DNA of 64,000 nucleotides from Pseudomonadota bacterium (GTDB lineage Bacteria; Desulfobacterota; Desulfobulbia; Desulfobulbales; JAGXFP01): NCBI GenBank assembly GCA_018823285.1, contig JAHJIQ010000063.1, positions 399 to 64,398 of the forward strand, read 5' to 3'. Shown piece by piece: positions 50,067 to 61,293 of this stretch (position 1 is its first letter; each line of letters starts with the position of its first letter). The notes under the pieces were generated by a model. It saw only the letters and a program-made list of their open reading frames with translations, ran no database searches and was not told where the DNA came from. The position numbers and the translations under genes were made by a program.

Positions 50067-50461
50067 TTCTCTCCCTCCCCGATCTGCCTGCTCAGTGATT
50101 TTGACAAACAAGGAAGAAATATACTCTGTAAGATAAATTTAAACAAGATTAGAACCGAAGGTAATCATTGTCCCGCATAGGTTTATGGAATGATGCCATT
50201 CAAGTGATAACGGACTTTTCCGTTAATAAGAGAGAGGCGGGTATTATATGGAAATCGACCGCAGGATCAGTCGCTTCCAAGCTGATCAAGAGAGTGTGAG
50301 CCGGTGCAGGTTGTGTGCAGGATCCCTGACATGATGGGAAAAGGAAGGAGGCGCAATGCCCGGAGCTGAAGGGAATGGGTTGTCCTGCGGACGTGTTGCG
50401 TGGGAAAGAACTCTGTTACCTCAATCAAAAATATGTTTTGGATTTTCTTCTCTTTTCAAAG

Positions 50462-50515
50462 AACTACCCTGCGGCTGGAAGTTTCACTCAGTTTGCTTTC
50501 TGCCGCAGGGTAGTT
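50462..50515. terminator. 14-bp inverted repeat, probable terminator between convergent transcripts
   Basis: AACTACCCTGCGGC ... GCCGCAGGGTAGTT with a 26-nt loop, about 60 bp past the stop of the 50577 gene. Confidence 0.55.
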
Positions 50516-50576
50516 TGTTTCGTTTTCGAGTATCGGAGGTCTGTCAGTGAACGACCCAATAGCTTCTCATGCCTTG

Positions 50577-50858
50577 TTATTTTGCCCATTTCTGCAGGAT
50601 TTTGGCTATCATGTTGGCCTGCTCCTTGCTTGAGATATTAAATTTGGACTGCTGGGAGTATGACCCCTTCATTTTCCGGTAGCGACGGATTGTGTAACGG
50701 TCTTCACTGTATTTATCTTTTCCTTTTTCCCACTGCTGGTAACGAAAAATGATCGTGGTCCATGCGCCTTTGGAAAGGACTTCCTTGTCGAGCTCCTTGA
50801 CAACCTGGATGCCGTCTTCTTCGTAGTTGATCGTAATTTCTTCAATTGTTTCCGCCAT
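50577..50858 (-). CDS. Conserved small hypothetical protein
   Basis: 93-aa protein-like ORF right after glgP, with KGAWTTIIF and YTIRRYRK. Confidence 0.8.
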   Translation of the reverse strand: MAETIEEITINYEEDGIQVVKELDKEVLSKGAWTTIIFRYQQWEKGKDKYSEDRYTIRRYRKMKGSYSQQSKFNISSKEQANMIAKILQKWAK

Positions 50859-50878
50859 TATCAGTTCTCCTGGTGACT

Positions 50879-53104
50879 TTAAGGTTTGTTGCAGTATGAC
50901 TCGTCACTGCAGTAATTTTTTTTCAGTTTTTCAAGCTTTCTGGTCAGGGGCGCAGGAATTTTCAGCTGGTATCGGTCGAGATACTCGGCAATCATTCGAT
51001 GGGTGTTGAAGATCGGACAGTTCAAAGCGATATTCATGATACATTTATCGATGAATTTCGGGAAGTGCTCAGGATGATAAAAAGTTGTCAGAATCTCGGG
51101 GAAAAGGCGGTAAAAGGCGTTGGAGTCTTCTTCGTAAAGCATTTCCTGCCGGTCTTCGCTGAGTGAGCCATGCTCAATGTCATCTTCATAGCCGAATTTC
51201 CAGCCGGTTTTGCCGTCATGGTATCCTTCCGCCCACCAGCCGTCCATGATGCTGATGTTCGGGATTCCGTTCATCGCCGATTTCATGCCGCTGGTGCCGC
51301 TTGCCTCAAGAGGTCGCTTCGGGCTGTTGAGCCAGGCATGGACCCCGGCCACCATCATTTTCGCAATGGCCATGTCATACCCGGGGATAAAGACAAGCTT
51401 GACCAGGCCTTTACTTTTTTCAAACAGTTCCTGCTGACAGTCGAGAATCATTTTAATCAGGGCCTTGCCCGGCTCATCAGACGGGTGGGCCTTGCCGGCA
51501 AAAATAAAATTGACCGGCCAGTTGTTGGCAAGTAACGGTTCAACCAGTTTCTCAATATCCTCAAAGATCAGGTCGGCTCTTTTATAGGTCGAAAACCGAC
51601 GGGCGAAACCAATGGTGAATACCCCCGGTTCAAGGGAGGTGCCGGGTCCGGTAATGTGGGAGAGAAAGTTGGGCGGGTCGATCCAGGTTTCCTGCATCTG
51701 GTTGCGATGCCGGACCAGCATCTCATTGACGTAGCCGATCAGGGTCCGGTTGTCGGTCTGCCATGATCTTTCCAGAAAAGACCTGAATCGTTTGTTGTCT
51801 TTAAGTTTGAAGGCATTTTCAAAAACACCGGGGTCGTCTCGCCAGCCGTCAAGTTCGGTGAAACTGTCATAGAGCTCCGCCTTGGCATCGCTGATCCAGG
51901 TCAGATGATGGACTCCGTTGGTGATAGCCGATATCTTGTCGGCAAACTCCGGGAACTGGCGACAGGTTACATCTTTATGCAGTCGGCTTACACTGTTGGT
52001 TGCCCGGTTGACCTTCATGGCCAGAGTGGTGAAATTGAATTCGGAGCTCCGGTCGCCGTCCTGGGCCATCAGTTGCAGGATTCTCTGGCAGAAGGAATGC
52101 CCGACGGCCCGGTGCAGATCCTTGTGAAACCTGTCGTGGCCGGCTTTTACGGGGGTGTGGATCGTATAAACGATATCTTCGGCCACCGTTTTTGCCGCGT
52201 CAAGAATGTCCTGGTCCGTTGCTTTCTCGTGGTAGTTTTTCCCAAGTTTTTCACACAGATGATCCACGATCTGGGTCAGGATAACCGCGACGCCATGCTG
52301 TTCATTCAGATGAATGGTCTGGGAATGGATACCGAGTGCCTTCATCGTCGGGATAACGCCTGCGCCAAGCATCCTGCGCTGGGTGATCTTCATTTTTTCC
52401 GAACTGCTGTCGTAAAGATTCTGGGCGGCATTTTTGATCCACTCCGGGGAGTTGGGGCAGGAGTAATCGAGAAGGATCTGGGGGACAAAAAAGTCGAGCC
52501 GGTGATTGATCTCCATTTTGAGCCACAGTCTGGCATAGGTCATAACAAGCTGGTCGTCGTGGTTGTAGAAGGGCACCTCGATTTCCAGAGGCTTGTCGGG
52601 GCTGCCTGCTTTGTGCAGCAGGTAGATCCCCGGAGTATCCTCCGGCGCCCAGTTGCGAGACCACGAGATCTGACCGACTTTGGAGTCTACCATCTGGGAA
52701 AAATAACCTTTTCGATAGAGCAGTGAGACGGCAATGACCGGAATCTTGCAATCGGCAAAACTCTTGAGGGTGTCACCGGAGAGGACGCCGAGACCGCCGC
52801 CGTAATTCGGTATTTTCTCTGGCCCGTACAGAAACTTGTTGGTGAAACTATCGAGCAGCCGGTTGGTGCTGCCGGTGATATCGAGGTCCTGAAGGCGGCT
52901 TTTCACCGGGTGAAAGGTGTCACGATCGGCAGCTATTTCCATTGAAATGTATACCGCCGAGTCGATATCCGGAGACGTCAGATTTTTCCAGACCTGGTCA
53001 AGGACTTTCTGGGACACCCCGAAGAAGGTTCCGTAACTGTTGGTCGCAAGCATGTCCTGCAGGACCTGGTCTTTGTCTATTAAAGCAGTGCTGGTTTTTT
53101 TCAT
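50879..53104 (-). CDS. glgP: Alpha-glucan (glycogen/starch) phosphorylase
   Basis: YGGGLGVLSGD, HLNEQH, TNGVH, ARRFSTYKRA, GKAHP and EASGTSGMK (PLP lysine). Confidence 0.96.
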   Translation of the reverse strand: MKKTSTALIDKDQVLQDMLATNSYGTFFGVSQKVLDQVWKNLTSPDIDSAVYISMEIAADRDTFHPVKSRLQDLDITGSTNRLLDSFTNKFLYGPEKIPNYGGGLGVLSGDTLKSFADCKIPVIAVSLLYRKGYFSQMVDSKVGQISWSRNWAPEDTPGIYLLHKAGSPDKPLEIEVPFYNHDDQLVMTYARLWLKMEINHRLDFFVPQILLDYSCPNSPEWIKNAAQNLYDSSSEKMKITQRRMLGAGVIPTMKALGIHSQTIHLNEQHGVAVILTQIVDHLCEKLGKNYHEKATDQDILDAAKTVAEDIVYTIHTPVKAGHDRFHKDLHRAVGHSFCQRILQLMAQDGDRSSEFNFTTLAMKVNRATNSVSRLHKDVTCRQFPEFADKISAITNGVHHLTWISDAKAELYDSFTELDGWRDDPGVFENAFKLKDNKRFRSFLERSWQTDNRTLIGYVNEMLVRHRNQMQETWIDPPNFLSHITGPGTSLEPGVFTIGFARRFSTYKRADLIFEDIEKLVEPLLANNWPVNFIFAGKAHPSDEPGKALIKMILDCQQELFEKSKGLVKLVFIPGYDMAIAKMMVAGVHAWLNSPKRPLEASGTSGMKSAMNGIPNISIMDGWWAEGYHDGKTGWKFGYEDDIEHGSLSEDRQEMLYEEDSNAFYRLFPEILTTFYHPEHFPKFIDKCIMNIALNCPIFNTHRMIAEYLDRYQLKIPAPLTRKLEKLKKNYCSDESYCNKP

Positions 53105-53359
53105 GTTTTCATATCACATTGAAGTGCGCTTGTTATATGCGTTAGTTGTCTTTGCCACAAGGTCTTTTCTTCCGTTGCGGCGGAAAAAAAGATTGAATTT
53201 AACCACGGTATTCTTTAGTGTATTAGATCATATGTCGTTTAATCAAAGTATTTGGCACTATTGAAAGAGTATGCAATTTTTGCTTCCCATGTAAAACAAT
53301 TTTTTTAAAAGAGCTTTTATAACAAGTCCGTAGATACGGTGCTAAAGGAGAAAAGCGAA

Positions 53360-53980
53360 ATGAAGAGAGAGAGTATGCGATTATTGGTTCTTGCCGCCCT
53401 GATTATATCACTCTCATTTGTGGTTTCCGGTTGCAGCAAGAAAACCGTTCAGGTGGACAAGGCTGACGAGACGGTCAAGGTTGAGGAAGCCACTGGTGAT
53501 AATGCATCCGCAACAGGTGGCGATTCCGGCCAGATGGTAGAATCTGCGGAAATCACAGAAGGGATGGGGCCTGCCGAATCGCTGGAAAGCCCGGCCGGAG
53601 GAGAAGTGATCGCAAGTGATGCCGGTTCCCTTGATGGCAGAACGTCTCCCGGAATGTTCCCCGTATATTTTGATTTTGATCGCTCTTTCATCAGGGAGGA
53701 TCAGATTGTCGAACTTGAAAAAAATGCCGCATTTATGAAAGAGAATCCTCAGGTGAATGTTGCCATCGAGGGTAACTGCGACGAGAGGGGAACTAACGAA
53801 TACAATATGGCTCTTGGTGAAAGACGTGCGATGAGTGCGAAAAAATACCTGGTCAATCTCGGGATTGAGGAGACGCGTCTCAATACCATCAGCTATGGTG
53901 AAGAACGTCCGATCAATCGCGGCCATGATGAGCTTTCCTGGTCCCAGAACAGACGGGATGATTTTGTAGTCACCGAATAG
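53360..53980 (+). CDS. pal: Peptidoglycan-associated lipoprotein
   Basis: Lipobox VSGC; YFDFD, EGNCDERGTNEYNMALGERRA, SYGEERP and NRR. Confidence 0.96.
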   Translation: MKRESMRLLVLAALIISLSFVVSGCSKKTVQVDKADETVKVEEATGDNASATGGDSGQMVESAEITEGMGPAESLESPAGGEVIASDAGSLDGRTSPGMFPVYFDFDRSFIREDQIVELEKNAAFMKENPQVNVAIEGNCDERGTNEYNMALGERRAMSAKKYLVNLGIEETRLNTISYGEERPINRGHDELSWSQNRRDDFVVTE

Positions 53981-54087
53981 AAGAACTTTTTTCTTGCAAT
54001 ACAATGCCGGGATGGGTGTTCCCCTCATCCCGGTTTTTTATGAAAGTCATAATTATCAAAGTCGACTCATCTCAAAGGAGTGATCCG

Positions 54088-54633
54088 ATGAATTCAATCA
54101 AAGGTATTTTCACAGTATTATCCGCAGTATTGTTGCTTGTTGTTTTTTCTTCTTATCCTGCCTTCGCCGGTGACAAGGCGCTCAAGGTAGGAATTATCAA
54201 TATCCAGAAGGTGGTTGCGTTGTCCAAGGTCGGCCAGGAAGCCAGAGATGCGGTCAAGGCCAAATTCGATGAATATCAGGTTAAGCTCCGTAAGGAAGAA
54301 GAGTCGTTAGTGGCCCTGAAGGATGATATCGAGAAGAAAGGAGCGGTCTGGAGTGAAGAAATCCGTACCGAAAAGCAGAGAGAGTTCGAACGGAGAGTCA
54401 AGGCGCTGGAAGACGAATCCAAGTATGCAACCAACGACATGAAAGAGTTTGAAAAGAAGAAAGTAGAGCCGGTGTTGCAGGAACTTGAAGCCATTATCGA
54501 TGATTTCGGTAAGAAGGAGAATTATTCGATGATCCTCGATGCCAGCCGTGGCGTTATCTATATGGATGAGGCCCTAGATATCAGCGCCGCTGTGGCAGCT
54601 GAACTCGACAAGAGAAAAGGCGAGAAGAAATAA
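54088..54633 (+). CDS. skp: OmpH/Skp periplasmic chaperone
   Basis: Signal peptide, KVGIINIQKV, coiled coil, and YSMILD...LDIS. Confidence 0.9.
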   Translation: MNSIKGIFTVLSAVLLLVVFSSYPAFAGDKALKVGIINIQKVVALSKVGQEARDAVKAKFDEYQVKLRKEEESLVALKDDIEKKGAVWSEEIRTEKQREFERRVKALEDESKYATNDMKEFEKKKVEPVLQELEAIIDDFGKKENYSMILDASRGVIYMDEALDISAAVAAELDKRKGEKK

Positions 54634-54654
54634 GTCCATTTCCTGATCCGAACC

Positions 54655-54698
54655 AAAAAGCCGACATGGGAATTTTTCCCGTGTCGGCTTTTTTTTTT
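54655..54698. terminator. Bidirectional intrinsic terminator between skp and dxs
   Basis: AAAAAGCCGACATGGGA/TCCCGTGTCGGCTTTTT stem with A and T runs on both sides. Confidence 0.9.
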
Positions 54699-54703
54699 GC
54701 AAT

Positions 54704-56599
54704 TCAGTTTTTCCCGGTTAATTCCAGGGCGGCGGAGGTGATTGCGGTTTCATCGATATGGGAATTCTTGTACAGGATTTCCTGGGGACCCTGCTCGATG
54801 AATTTGTCCGGATACCCGAGGTTTTTCACATCAACTTTGCCGAGAAGGCCTCGTCTGGCCAGGAGTTCCAACACCGAGCTGCCGAAACCGCCTTTAATGG
54901 CGTTGTCCTCAACGGTGACGACCTTGCCGGTTCGTTTCGCCCATTCGGCAATCAGATTGCCGTCCAGGGGATTGATGAAACGGGGGTTGATGACTGCCGC
55001 CTCAATCCCCAGTTTTTTGAGCCCTTCAGCGGCGGACAATGCCGGATACACCCGGTTGCCGACGGGAAGCAGCAGGATGTCATCTCCTTCCCGGAGAACC
55101 TCTCCTTTACCGAATGGTATTTTTTCAAGCTCTCTGTCCATTGTTACCCCCACCCCGCTGCCGCGGGGGTATCTGACTGCTGCAGGGCCTGGATAATTGA
55201 TTGCCGTGTAGAGCATATGCTGCAGTTCGTTCTCGTCTTTTGGGGCGAGAAACACCAGATTCGGTACATATCGCAGGAACGAGATGTCAAAGACCCCATG
55301 GTGGGTCGGGCCGTCATCGCCGACCACCCCGCCCCGGTCGAGGGCAAAGGTGACGGGAAGGTTGGGCAGGCAGACGTCGTGGATAACCTGGTCCAGAGCT
55401 CGCTGCATGAATGTCGAATAGATGGCGACCACCGGCAGCAATCCTTCAATAGCGAGGCCGGCGGCAAAGGTGACTGCGTGCTGTTCAGCAATCCCGACAT
55501 CGAAGAATCGGTCAGGAAATCTTTCGGCAAAACCGGTCAGCCCGGTACCTGCCGGCATGGCTGCGGTGATCGCGGAGACCCTCGGGTCCTCCTCGGCAAT
55601 TCTGATCAGGGTTTTGCCGAAGGTGGAGGTGTAGGAAGGAGGCGTTTTCGCAACGGGGAGCGGGGCGCCGGTGGCGATATCGAAGGGGCCGACCCCGTGG
55701 TAATCGCCGGGGTTTTCCTCGGCCGGTTTATACCCTTTGCCCTTGGTGGTGAGCACATGGATCAGGACCGGACCGTGGCTGAAATCGCGCACGTTGTTCA
55801 GGGTTTCGATCAGGGTGTTCAGGTCGTGGCCCTTGATCGGGCCGACATATTCAAATTTCAGGGCCTCGAAGAGCATGCCCGGAGTAAAGAAACCCTTGAA
55901 ACTCTCCTCGCTTTTTTTCAGGACCTGGAGGATGTTTTCCCCGACATTGGAAAATGATTTGAGAAAGCCCTCAACATCCCGCTTCAGGCGGGAAACCGCC
56001 CGCCCGGTCATCTTGCGGCTCAGGAAGCTGGACAGGGCGCCGACATTGGGCGAGATCGACATTTCGTTGTCGTTCAGGATGACGATCAGATCCTTGTCGA
56101 TATGCCCAGCCTGGTTCAACGCTTCAAAGGCCATGCCGCCGGTCATCGAGCCGTCACCGATGACCGCGATCGTCTTTCGGGAGTCACCTTTCAGGTTTCT
56201 GGCCACGGCCATCCCCAAGCTTGCCGAGATCGAGGTGCTGCTGTGGCCGGTATCGAAGGCGTCGTATGGGCTCTCTTCCATCTTGGGAAAACCGGACAGC
56301 CCTTTGTACTGGCGGATGGTGTGAAAATTATCCCGCCGGCCGGTGAGCAGTTTATGGGCGTAGGTCTGGTGGCCCACATCCCAGATGACCTTGTCTTCCG
56401 GGGTGTCAAACACATAATGAATGGCCATGGTCAACTCGACCACGCCGAGAGAGGGGGCGAGATGGCCGCCGTTGGTGGAGACGGTGGAGATGATTTCCCG
56501 GCGGATCTCTTCGGCGAGTCTCGGCAGTTCAGCCTGCGGAACCTTTTTCAGGTCGGAGGATGAATTGATTTCCGGCAGTATCGGTGCGGTGCTGGTCAT
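54704..56599 (-). CDS. dxs: 1-deoxy-D-xylulose-5-phosphate synthase
   Basis: [37 protein letters not shown] and GIAEQHA. The start is uncertain (56599 or 56614). Confidence 0.97.
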   Translation of the reverse strand: MTSTAPILPEINSSSDLKKVPQAELPRLAEEIRREIISTVSTNGGHLAPSLGVVELTMAIHYVFDTPEDKVIWDVGHQTYAHKLLTGRRDNFHTIRQYKGLSGFPKMEESPYDAFDTGHSSTSISASLGMAVARNLKGDSRKTIAVIGDGSMTGGMAFEALNQAGHIDKDLIVILNDNEMSISPNVGALSSFLSRKMTGRAVSRLKRDVEGFLKSFSNVGENILQVLKKSEESFKGFFTPGMLFEALKFEYVGPIKGHDLNTLIETLNNVRDFSHGPVLIHVLTTKGKGYKPAEENPGDYHGVGPFDIATGAPLPVAKTPPSYTSTFGKTLIRIAEEDPRVSAITAAMPAGTGLTGFAERFPDRFFDVGIAEQHAVTFAAGLAIEGLLPVVAIYSTFMQRALDQVIHDVCLPNLPVTFALDRGGVVGDDGPTHHGVFDISFLRYVPNLVFLAPKDENELQHMLYTAINYPGPAAVRYPRGSGVGVTMDRELEKIPFGKGEVLREGDDILLLPVGNRVYPALSAAEGLKKLGIEAAVINPRFINPLDGNLIAEWAKRTGKVVTVEDNAIKGGFGSSVLELLARRGLLGKVDVKNLGYPDKFIEQGPQEILYKNSHIDETAITSAALELTGKN

Positions 56600-56717
56600 A
56601 GAGCTGTATAACATGGTCCCTAGGCGCTGCAATGATTTAACCCGTAGAGGGAGAGAACAAAAAAAGCATAATAACACATTGTGTGAAGAACGGCGAGAGG
56701 GCAGGGGCGGGGAATTC

Positions 56718-57608
56718 CTAGTTTTTTCTCTTCCTGATATAGTGGGCGATCTCCCGGAGCGGTTCCGCCTTACGGTCAAAGGTTTCCAGACTTGCCAAGG
56801 CCCTTGCTACAGCCTCTTCCGCTTTTCTCCTGGTCTCTTCGATTCCGAAGAAGGCGGGGTAGGTCGATTTCTGCCGTTCGGCATCGGATCCGGCGGCTTT
56901 GCCAAGCTCTTCAGTGGTCCCTTCGACGTTCAGCAGATCGTCAACGATCTGGAAGGCAAGGCCGATCTCGTTGCCATAGTCGGTAAGGGCCTGGAACTGT
57001 GCTTCACTGGCCCCCCCGACTACCGCTCCCGCCTGGACCGCAGCGGTGAGGAGGGCGCCGGTTTTGCGCCGGTGAATCTGCTTCAGGGTCTCAAAATCGA
57101 TTTTCTTTCCCTCACAGGCGATATCAATGGCCTGGCCGCCGACCATCCCCATGGAACCGCTTCCTTCGGCGATCAGCCTGATGATTTGTAACTGTTCGGC
57201 TGCTTCAAGCTTGCTGTTGCGGGCAAGGAGTTCAAAAGCCAGGGTCAGCAGGCCGTCCCCGGCCAGTATTGCCCCGGCCTCCCCGTAGATTGTATGATTG
57301 GTCGGTTTTCCGCGCCTCAGATCATCATCGTCCATGGCCGGCAGGTCGTCATGGATCAGGGAGTAGGTGTGGATGCATTCCAGGGAAACGGCCGCAGGGA
57401 TGGCGTTGTCTTCAACGCCGCCGACCGCCGAACAGGCGGCCAGGCAGAGAATCGGTCTGATCCGTTTGCCACCGGCGAACAGGCTGTAACCCATGGCCTC
57501 GATGTGACGGGCATGGTCCTCCTGCAGGCCTCGGGGAGCATACATCAGCGCTTCCATGCTCTCCTCGACCAGCTTTTTTTTCTCACCCAGATATTTTTTC
57601 AGGTCCAT
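56718..57608 (-). CDS. ispA: Farnesyl/geranylgeranyl diphosphate synthase
   Basis: [29 protein letters not shown] and FQIVDD. Confidence 0.95.
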   Translation of the reverse strand: MDLKKYLGEKKKLVEESMEALMYAPRGLQEDHARHIEAMGYSLFAGGKRIRPILCLAACSAVGGVEDNAIPAAVSLECIHTYSLIHDDLPAMDDDDLRRGKPTNHTIYGEAGAILAGDGLLTLAFELLARNSKLEAAEQLQIIRLIAEGSGSMGMVGGQAIDIACEGKKIDFETLKQIHRRKTGALLTAAVQAGAVVGGASEAQFQALTDYGNEIGLAFQIVDDLLNVEGTTEELGKAAGSDAERQKSTYPAFFGIEETRRKAEEAVARALASLETFDRKAEPLREIAHYIRKRKN

Positions 57609-57656
57609 TGAATTTTATCGTCTGTGATTGGATGTGTTCGTTTCGCGGCCGGAGGA

Positions 57657-57908
57657 TCAATCAGCGGTGTCGTCGTTTTCTTCGGGATCGAAGCCGGGAA
57701 AGGGCTCTTCGCTAAAGCCGTCATTTTTCTTGAGCAGCACATTCACCCTGGTTCTGGCCTCGGAAAGTTTCCGGTTACAGTATTCGGTGAGTTTGATTCC
57801 TTCATCGAATCTTTTCAAAGACTCTTCAAGACTCAGATCGCCGCTTTCCAGTTCTTCAGTGATCTGCTCAAGCCGGGTCAGGGATTCTTCAAAGTTTTTC
57901 TTGGCCAT
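57657..57908 (-). CDS. xseB: Exodeoxyribonuclease VII small subunit
   Basis: FEESLTRLEQI...LSLEESL...EGIKL; lies upstream of ispA-dxs. Confidence 0.95.
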   Translation of the reverse strand: MAKKNFEESLTRLEQITEELESGDLSLEESLKRFDEGIKLTEYCNRKLSEARTRVNVLLKKNDGFSEEPFPGFDPEENDDTAD

Positions 57909-58021
57909 GTTGGTGCCTCTGTGGATTGCTCGGGAGATATATCGCGACGATTATAATAAATAACCCGACTTGGGCAATGTCTTTCCATAAAAATCATATT
58001 ATGATGGGGTACCTTAGAATT

Positions 58022-58086
58022 CAGAAGCAGGAAGAGATGCGGATTGGACATCATTCGGCTGCTGATTTTTCCTGCTCTGACTTCTG
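58022..58086. repeat. Heptamer-type intergenic hairpin
   Basis: CAGAAGCAGGAA ... TTCCTGCTCTGACTTCTG inverted arms, related to the MITE-internal repeats. Confidence 0.55.
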
Positions 58087-58161
58087 CATACGCACTTCTG
58101 TTTCCTTGGTATGTTCTGCCAGATTATTCAGCTGAGAGCGGGCTTAAGGAACATTCTGTAG

Positions 58162-59094
58162 ATGGAGAATATGGTGACGGAAAACCTTCAAGGCTGTATC
58201 GATCATTTCAGCCGCTGGCTGACGGTGGAGAAGAATTATTCGCCGCGGACCGTCGAGAGCTATGGTCGGGATCTGGCGGAGTTTGCCGGGTTTATCGATA
58301 CCGATCAGCCGGGAAAGATCGATACCCGCCTGGTCAGGGCGTATGTCTATTCTCTCAACAGCCGCAACAGTCCGGCCTCGGTGGCGAGAAAGCTCTCTTC
58401 ATTGCGGTCCTTTTTCAGGTTTCTGCTCCGGGAAGGGATTGTGCCCGTAAACCCCGTCCTGCCCATCTCGATGCCGAAGCAGAACCGGTACATGCCGGTT
58501 TTTCTGACCGTTGACGAGGTGTTCGCGCTCCTTGAAGCTCCCAACGAAAGTGACACCTATGCCGAGCGGGATCGGGCGATTCTCGAGATGCTCTATTCAA
58601 CCGGGATGCGGGTTGCGGAGCTTGTCGCCCTGGATCTGGTCCAGCTTGATTTTGCTGAAGGAATGGTTACAGTGCTCGGCAAAGGAAACAAGGAGCGGTT
58701 GGTTCCCATCGGCCGTCCGGCGCTCGAGGCGCTCCGTAACTATGAAAAACAGCGACTGGGCCTGCTTGCCGATTGTGCCGGCAGAGGAAATGTGCCTGAG
58801 AAGGAGGCGCTTTTTTTAAACAGCCGGGGGACCAGGCTTACGGTCAGGAGTGTCGAAAGACTGGTCAGTTCGTATTCTCTGCGGGCCGGTATCATCACGA
58901 AGGTGACTCCTCACTCCCTGCGCCATTCGTTTGCGACCCATATGCTTGAAATGGGGGCCGATCTCCGGATGGTCCAGGAGCTGCTCGGGCATGCGAGCCT
59001 TTCCACCACCCAGAAATACACCCATCTGAACATGGACTACCTGTCGGAGGTGTACGATAAGGCGCATCCGATGGCGAAGAAATCAGGGCAATAG
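58162..59094 (+). CDS. xerC: Chromosomal tyrosine recombinase XerC
   Basis: LYSTGMRVAEL, GKGNKER, HSLRHSF, LLGHASLSTTQKY; xerC-hslV-hslU order. Confidence 0.93.
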   Translation: MENMVTENLQGCIDHFSRWLTVEKNYSPRTVESYGRDLAEFAGFIDTDQPGKIDTRLVRAYVYSLNSRNSPASVARKLSSLRSFFRFLLREGIVPVNPVLPISMPKQNRYMPVFLTVDEVFALLEAPNESDTYAERDRAILEMLYSTGMRVAELVALDLVQLDFAEGMVTVLGKGNKERLVPIGRPALEALRNYEKQRLGLLADCAGRGNVPEKEALFLNSRGTRLTVRSVERLVSSYSLRAGIITKVTPHSLRHSFATHMLEMGADLRMVQELLGHASLSTTQKYTHLNMDYLSEVYDKAHPMAKKSGQ

Positions 59095-59157
59095 AAAAAA
59101 ACAGAATATCGAGCAGGAAATTTGCCTGTGCGAATGAAATTTTAACGGGAGGATCCT

Positions 59158-59709
59158 GTGCAGATCAGATCAACTACCATAATCGCCGTCCGGCACCGGG
59201 GCGAAGTTGTTGTTGCCGGAGACGGGCAGGTCACCCTCGGCAGCACCGTGATGAAGCATGAGGCAAGGAAAGTCAGAAGACTTTATAACGACAAAGTCAT
59301 CACCGGCTTTGCCGGAGCCACCGCCGATGCCTTCACCCTTTTTGACCGGCTGGAACAAAAGCTTGAACAGTTCAACGGCAATCTGATGCGGGCGGCGGTG
59401 GAGCTTGCCAAGGACTGGCGGACCGACAAGATGCTACGGCGTCTTGAGGCGATGCTGATCGCCGTTGACGAGAAGCACTCGCTGCTCCTGAGCGGCTCCG
59501 GGGACGTGATCGAACCAGATGACGGGATTCTCGCCATCGGCTCGGGCGGCCCGTATGCCCAGTCTGCCGCCAAGGCCCTGGTTGCCCACAGCGATCTTGA
59601 TGCCGAAGGGATCTGCCGGGAGGCCATGAAGATCGCAGCCTCGGTCTGTATCTACACCAATGAGAATATTGTTTTGGAGAAGACGAAATCCCTTTCAGGG
59701 AGTGAATAG
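59158..59709 (+). CDS. hslV: ATP-dependent protease subunit HslV
   Basis: TTIIAV (N-terminal Thr nucleophile), GFAGATADA and IGSGG. Confidence 0.98.
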   Translation: MQIRSTTIIAVRHRGEVVVAGDGQVTLGSTVMKHEARKVRRLYNDKVITGFAGATADAFTLFDRLEQKLEQFNGNLMRAAVELAKDWRTDKMLRRLEAMLIAVDEKHSLLLSGSGDVIEPDDGILAIGSGGPYAQSAAKALVAHSDLDAEGICREAMKIAASVCIYTNENIVLEKTKSLSGSE

Positions 59710-59847
59710 TGAAAAGTTTAGAGTGAAAAGTGAAGAGTTGTGGTGTTGACTGATCACATATTTTTTTAAGCTTCCCTTTGGAGGTTTGTTTTTATTTGAT
59801 GGTAAGACTTCCACAACTTCACACTTCACACTTTAAACTTCAAACTT
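59701..59847. repeat. Heptamer tandem-repeat hairpin between hslV and hslU
   Basis: Left arm AGTGAAT AGTGAAA AGTTTAG AGTGAAA AGTGAAG AGTTGTG; right arm CCACAACT TCACACT TCACACT TTAAACT TCAAACT is its imperfect reverse complement. Confidence 0.8.
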
Positions 59848-59922
59848 ATCCCGATCGGTCACTCAATAGCCCGCAGGTTGGTCAAGCAGAAAAGCCGCTT
59901 GAAAATAGAGACAAGGAATACC

Positions 59923-61290
59923 ATGGAACTGCCAGGATCACTCACCCCACGCGAGATCGTCGGCGAACTCGATAAATACATCATCGGCCAGGATGACGCC
60001 AAGAGGTTCACTGCCGTTGCCCTGCGGAACCGCTGGCGCCGGCAGCAGGTGCCGCCTCCGTTATGCGATGAGATATCGCCGAAGAATATCATCATGATCG
60101 GCCCCACCGGGGTCGGCAAGACCGAGATTGCCAGAAGGCTTGCCAACCTGGCCCAGTCGCCGTTTCTGAAGATCGAGGCCTCAAAGTTTACCGAGGTTGG
60201 CTACGTGGGCCGCGATGTGGAATCGATGATCCGTGATCTCACCGATCTGGCGGTGAATATGGTCAAGATGGAGGAGATGGAGAAGGTGACCGCCCGGGCT
60301 GCGGAAATAGCCGAAGAGAGACTCCTCGATATCCTGGTCCCGCCGCTCAAGACCACTTATCCCAGCACCGGCAGCGCCGATCAGGATAGCGCTCCGGAGC
60401 AGAAAGACACCACCCGGGAGAAATTCAGGAAGAAGCTCCGGGAAGGCGAGCTTGACGATCGGGAGGTGGAGATCGAGGTTGAGCAACCGCAGAACGTGCC
60501 GATGATCGAGGTCCTGTCGAGTTCCGGGATGGATGATATGGGGATGGGCATCAAGGACATGTTCGGCAAGATGTTCCCCCAGAAGAGCCAGCGGCGGAAA
60601 GTGAAGATTTCCGAAGCGATGGTTCTCCTGACCACCGAGGAATCGGCAAAGCTGATCGATATGGAGAAGGTGACGAGACAGGCGATCACCCGGGCCGAGC
60701 AGTCGGGAATCATCTTTCTGGACGAGATCGATAAAATCGCCTCCCGGCAGGGGGTCTCGCATTCCGCCGAAGTGTCGCGGGAGGGGGTGCAGCGGGATCT
60801 TTTGCCGATCGTCGAAGGGGCGACGGTGACCACCAAGTACGGGATGGTCCGGACCGATCATATCCTCTTTATCGCCAGCGGCGCCTTTCACCTGGCCAAA
60901 CCGTCGGATCTGGTGCCCGAGTTGCAGGGGCGGTTCCCGATCAGGGTGGAATTGCAGCCTCTCGGTCGGGACGAATTCTACCGGATTTTAACCGAGCCCG
61001 AGAATGCGCTGATTCGGCAGTACATCGCTCTGATGGCGACCGAAGGGATTGAGCTGGTCTTTGAAGATGAGGCGATCCGGGAAATGGCGGCTATTGCCGC
61101 CGAGGTCAATGAACGGACCGAAAACATCGGCGCCCGGCGGTTGCATACGGTGCTGGAAAAGGTCCTTGAAGAACTCTCCTTCACCGCGCCGGACCGGAGT
61201 GATAAGCGATTTGTGGTAACCGCGAACTATGTGAAGGAACAGCTGACCGCGATCTCGAAGAATGAGGATTTGAGCAGATACATATTATAA
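59923..61290 (+). CDS. hslU: ATP-dependent protease ATPase subunit HslU
   Basis: [33 protein letters not shown] and NIGARRL. Confidence 0.98.
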   Translation: MELPGSLTPREIVGELDKYIIGQDDAKRFTAVALRNRWRRQQVPPPLCDEISPKNIIMIGPTGVGKTEIARRLANLAQSPFLKIEASKFTEVGYVGRDVESMIRDLTDLAVNMVKMEEMEKVTARAAEIAEERLLDILVPPLKTTYPSTGSADQDSAPEQKDTTREKFRKKLREGELDDREVEIEVEQPQNVPMIEVLSSSGMDDMGMGIKDMFGKMFPQKSQRRKVKISEAMVLLTTEESAKLIDMEKVTRQAITRAEQSGIIFLDEIDKIASRQGVSHSAEVSREGVQRDLLPIVEGATVTTKYGMVRTDHILFIASGAFHLAKPSDLVPELQGRFPIRVELQPLGRDEFYRILTEPENALIRQYIALMATEGIELVFEDEAIREMAAIAAEVNERTENIGARRLHTVLEKVLEELSFTAPDRSDKRFVVTANYVKEQLTAISKNEDLSRYIL

Positions 61291-61293
61291 AGC

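Noticed and set aside
50127-50144. GacA-like box upstream of the GGA-rich tract
   Set aside because: Only the left half (TGTAAG) matches; the right half is poor and no well-spaced promoter follows.
50070-50576. Known riboswitch or housekeeping ncRNA (c-di-GMP-I, 6S, SRP, RNase P, tmRNA) in the largest intergenic gap
   Set aside because: None of their hallmark sequences were recognisable by eye. An Rfam scan would be needed to exclude them fully.
58162-59094. Tyrosine recombinase as the integrase of the nearby vapBC mini-island
   Set aside because: The xerC-hslV-hslU order is standard chromosomal context. I saw no dif-like site at the island ends, so no link can be supported.
59701-59847. 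Possible CRISPR array in the repeat tracts
   Set aside because: Units are 7 bp, tandem and inverted, with no unique spacers and no cas genes.
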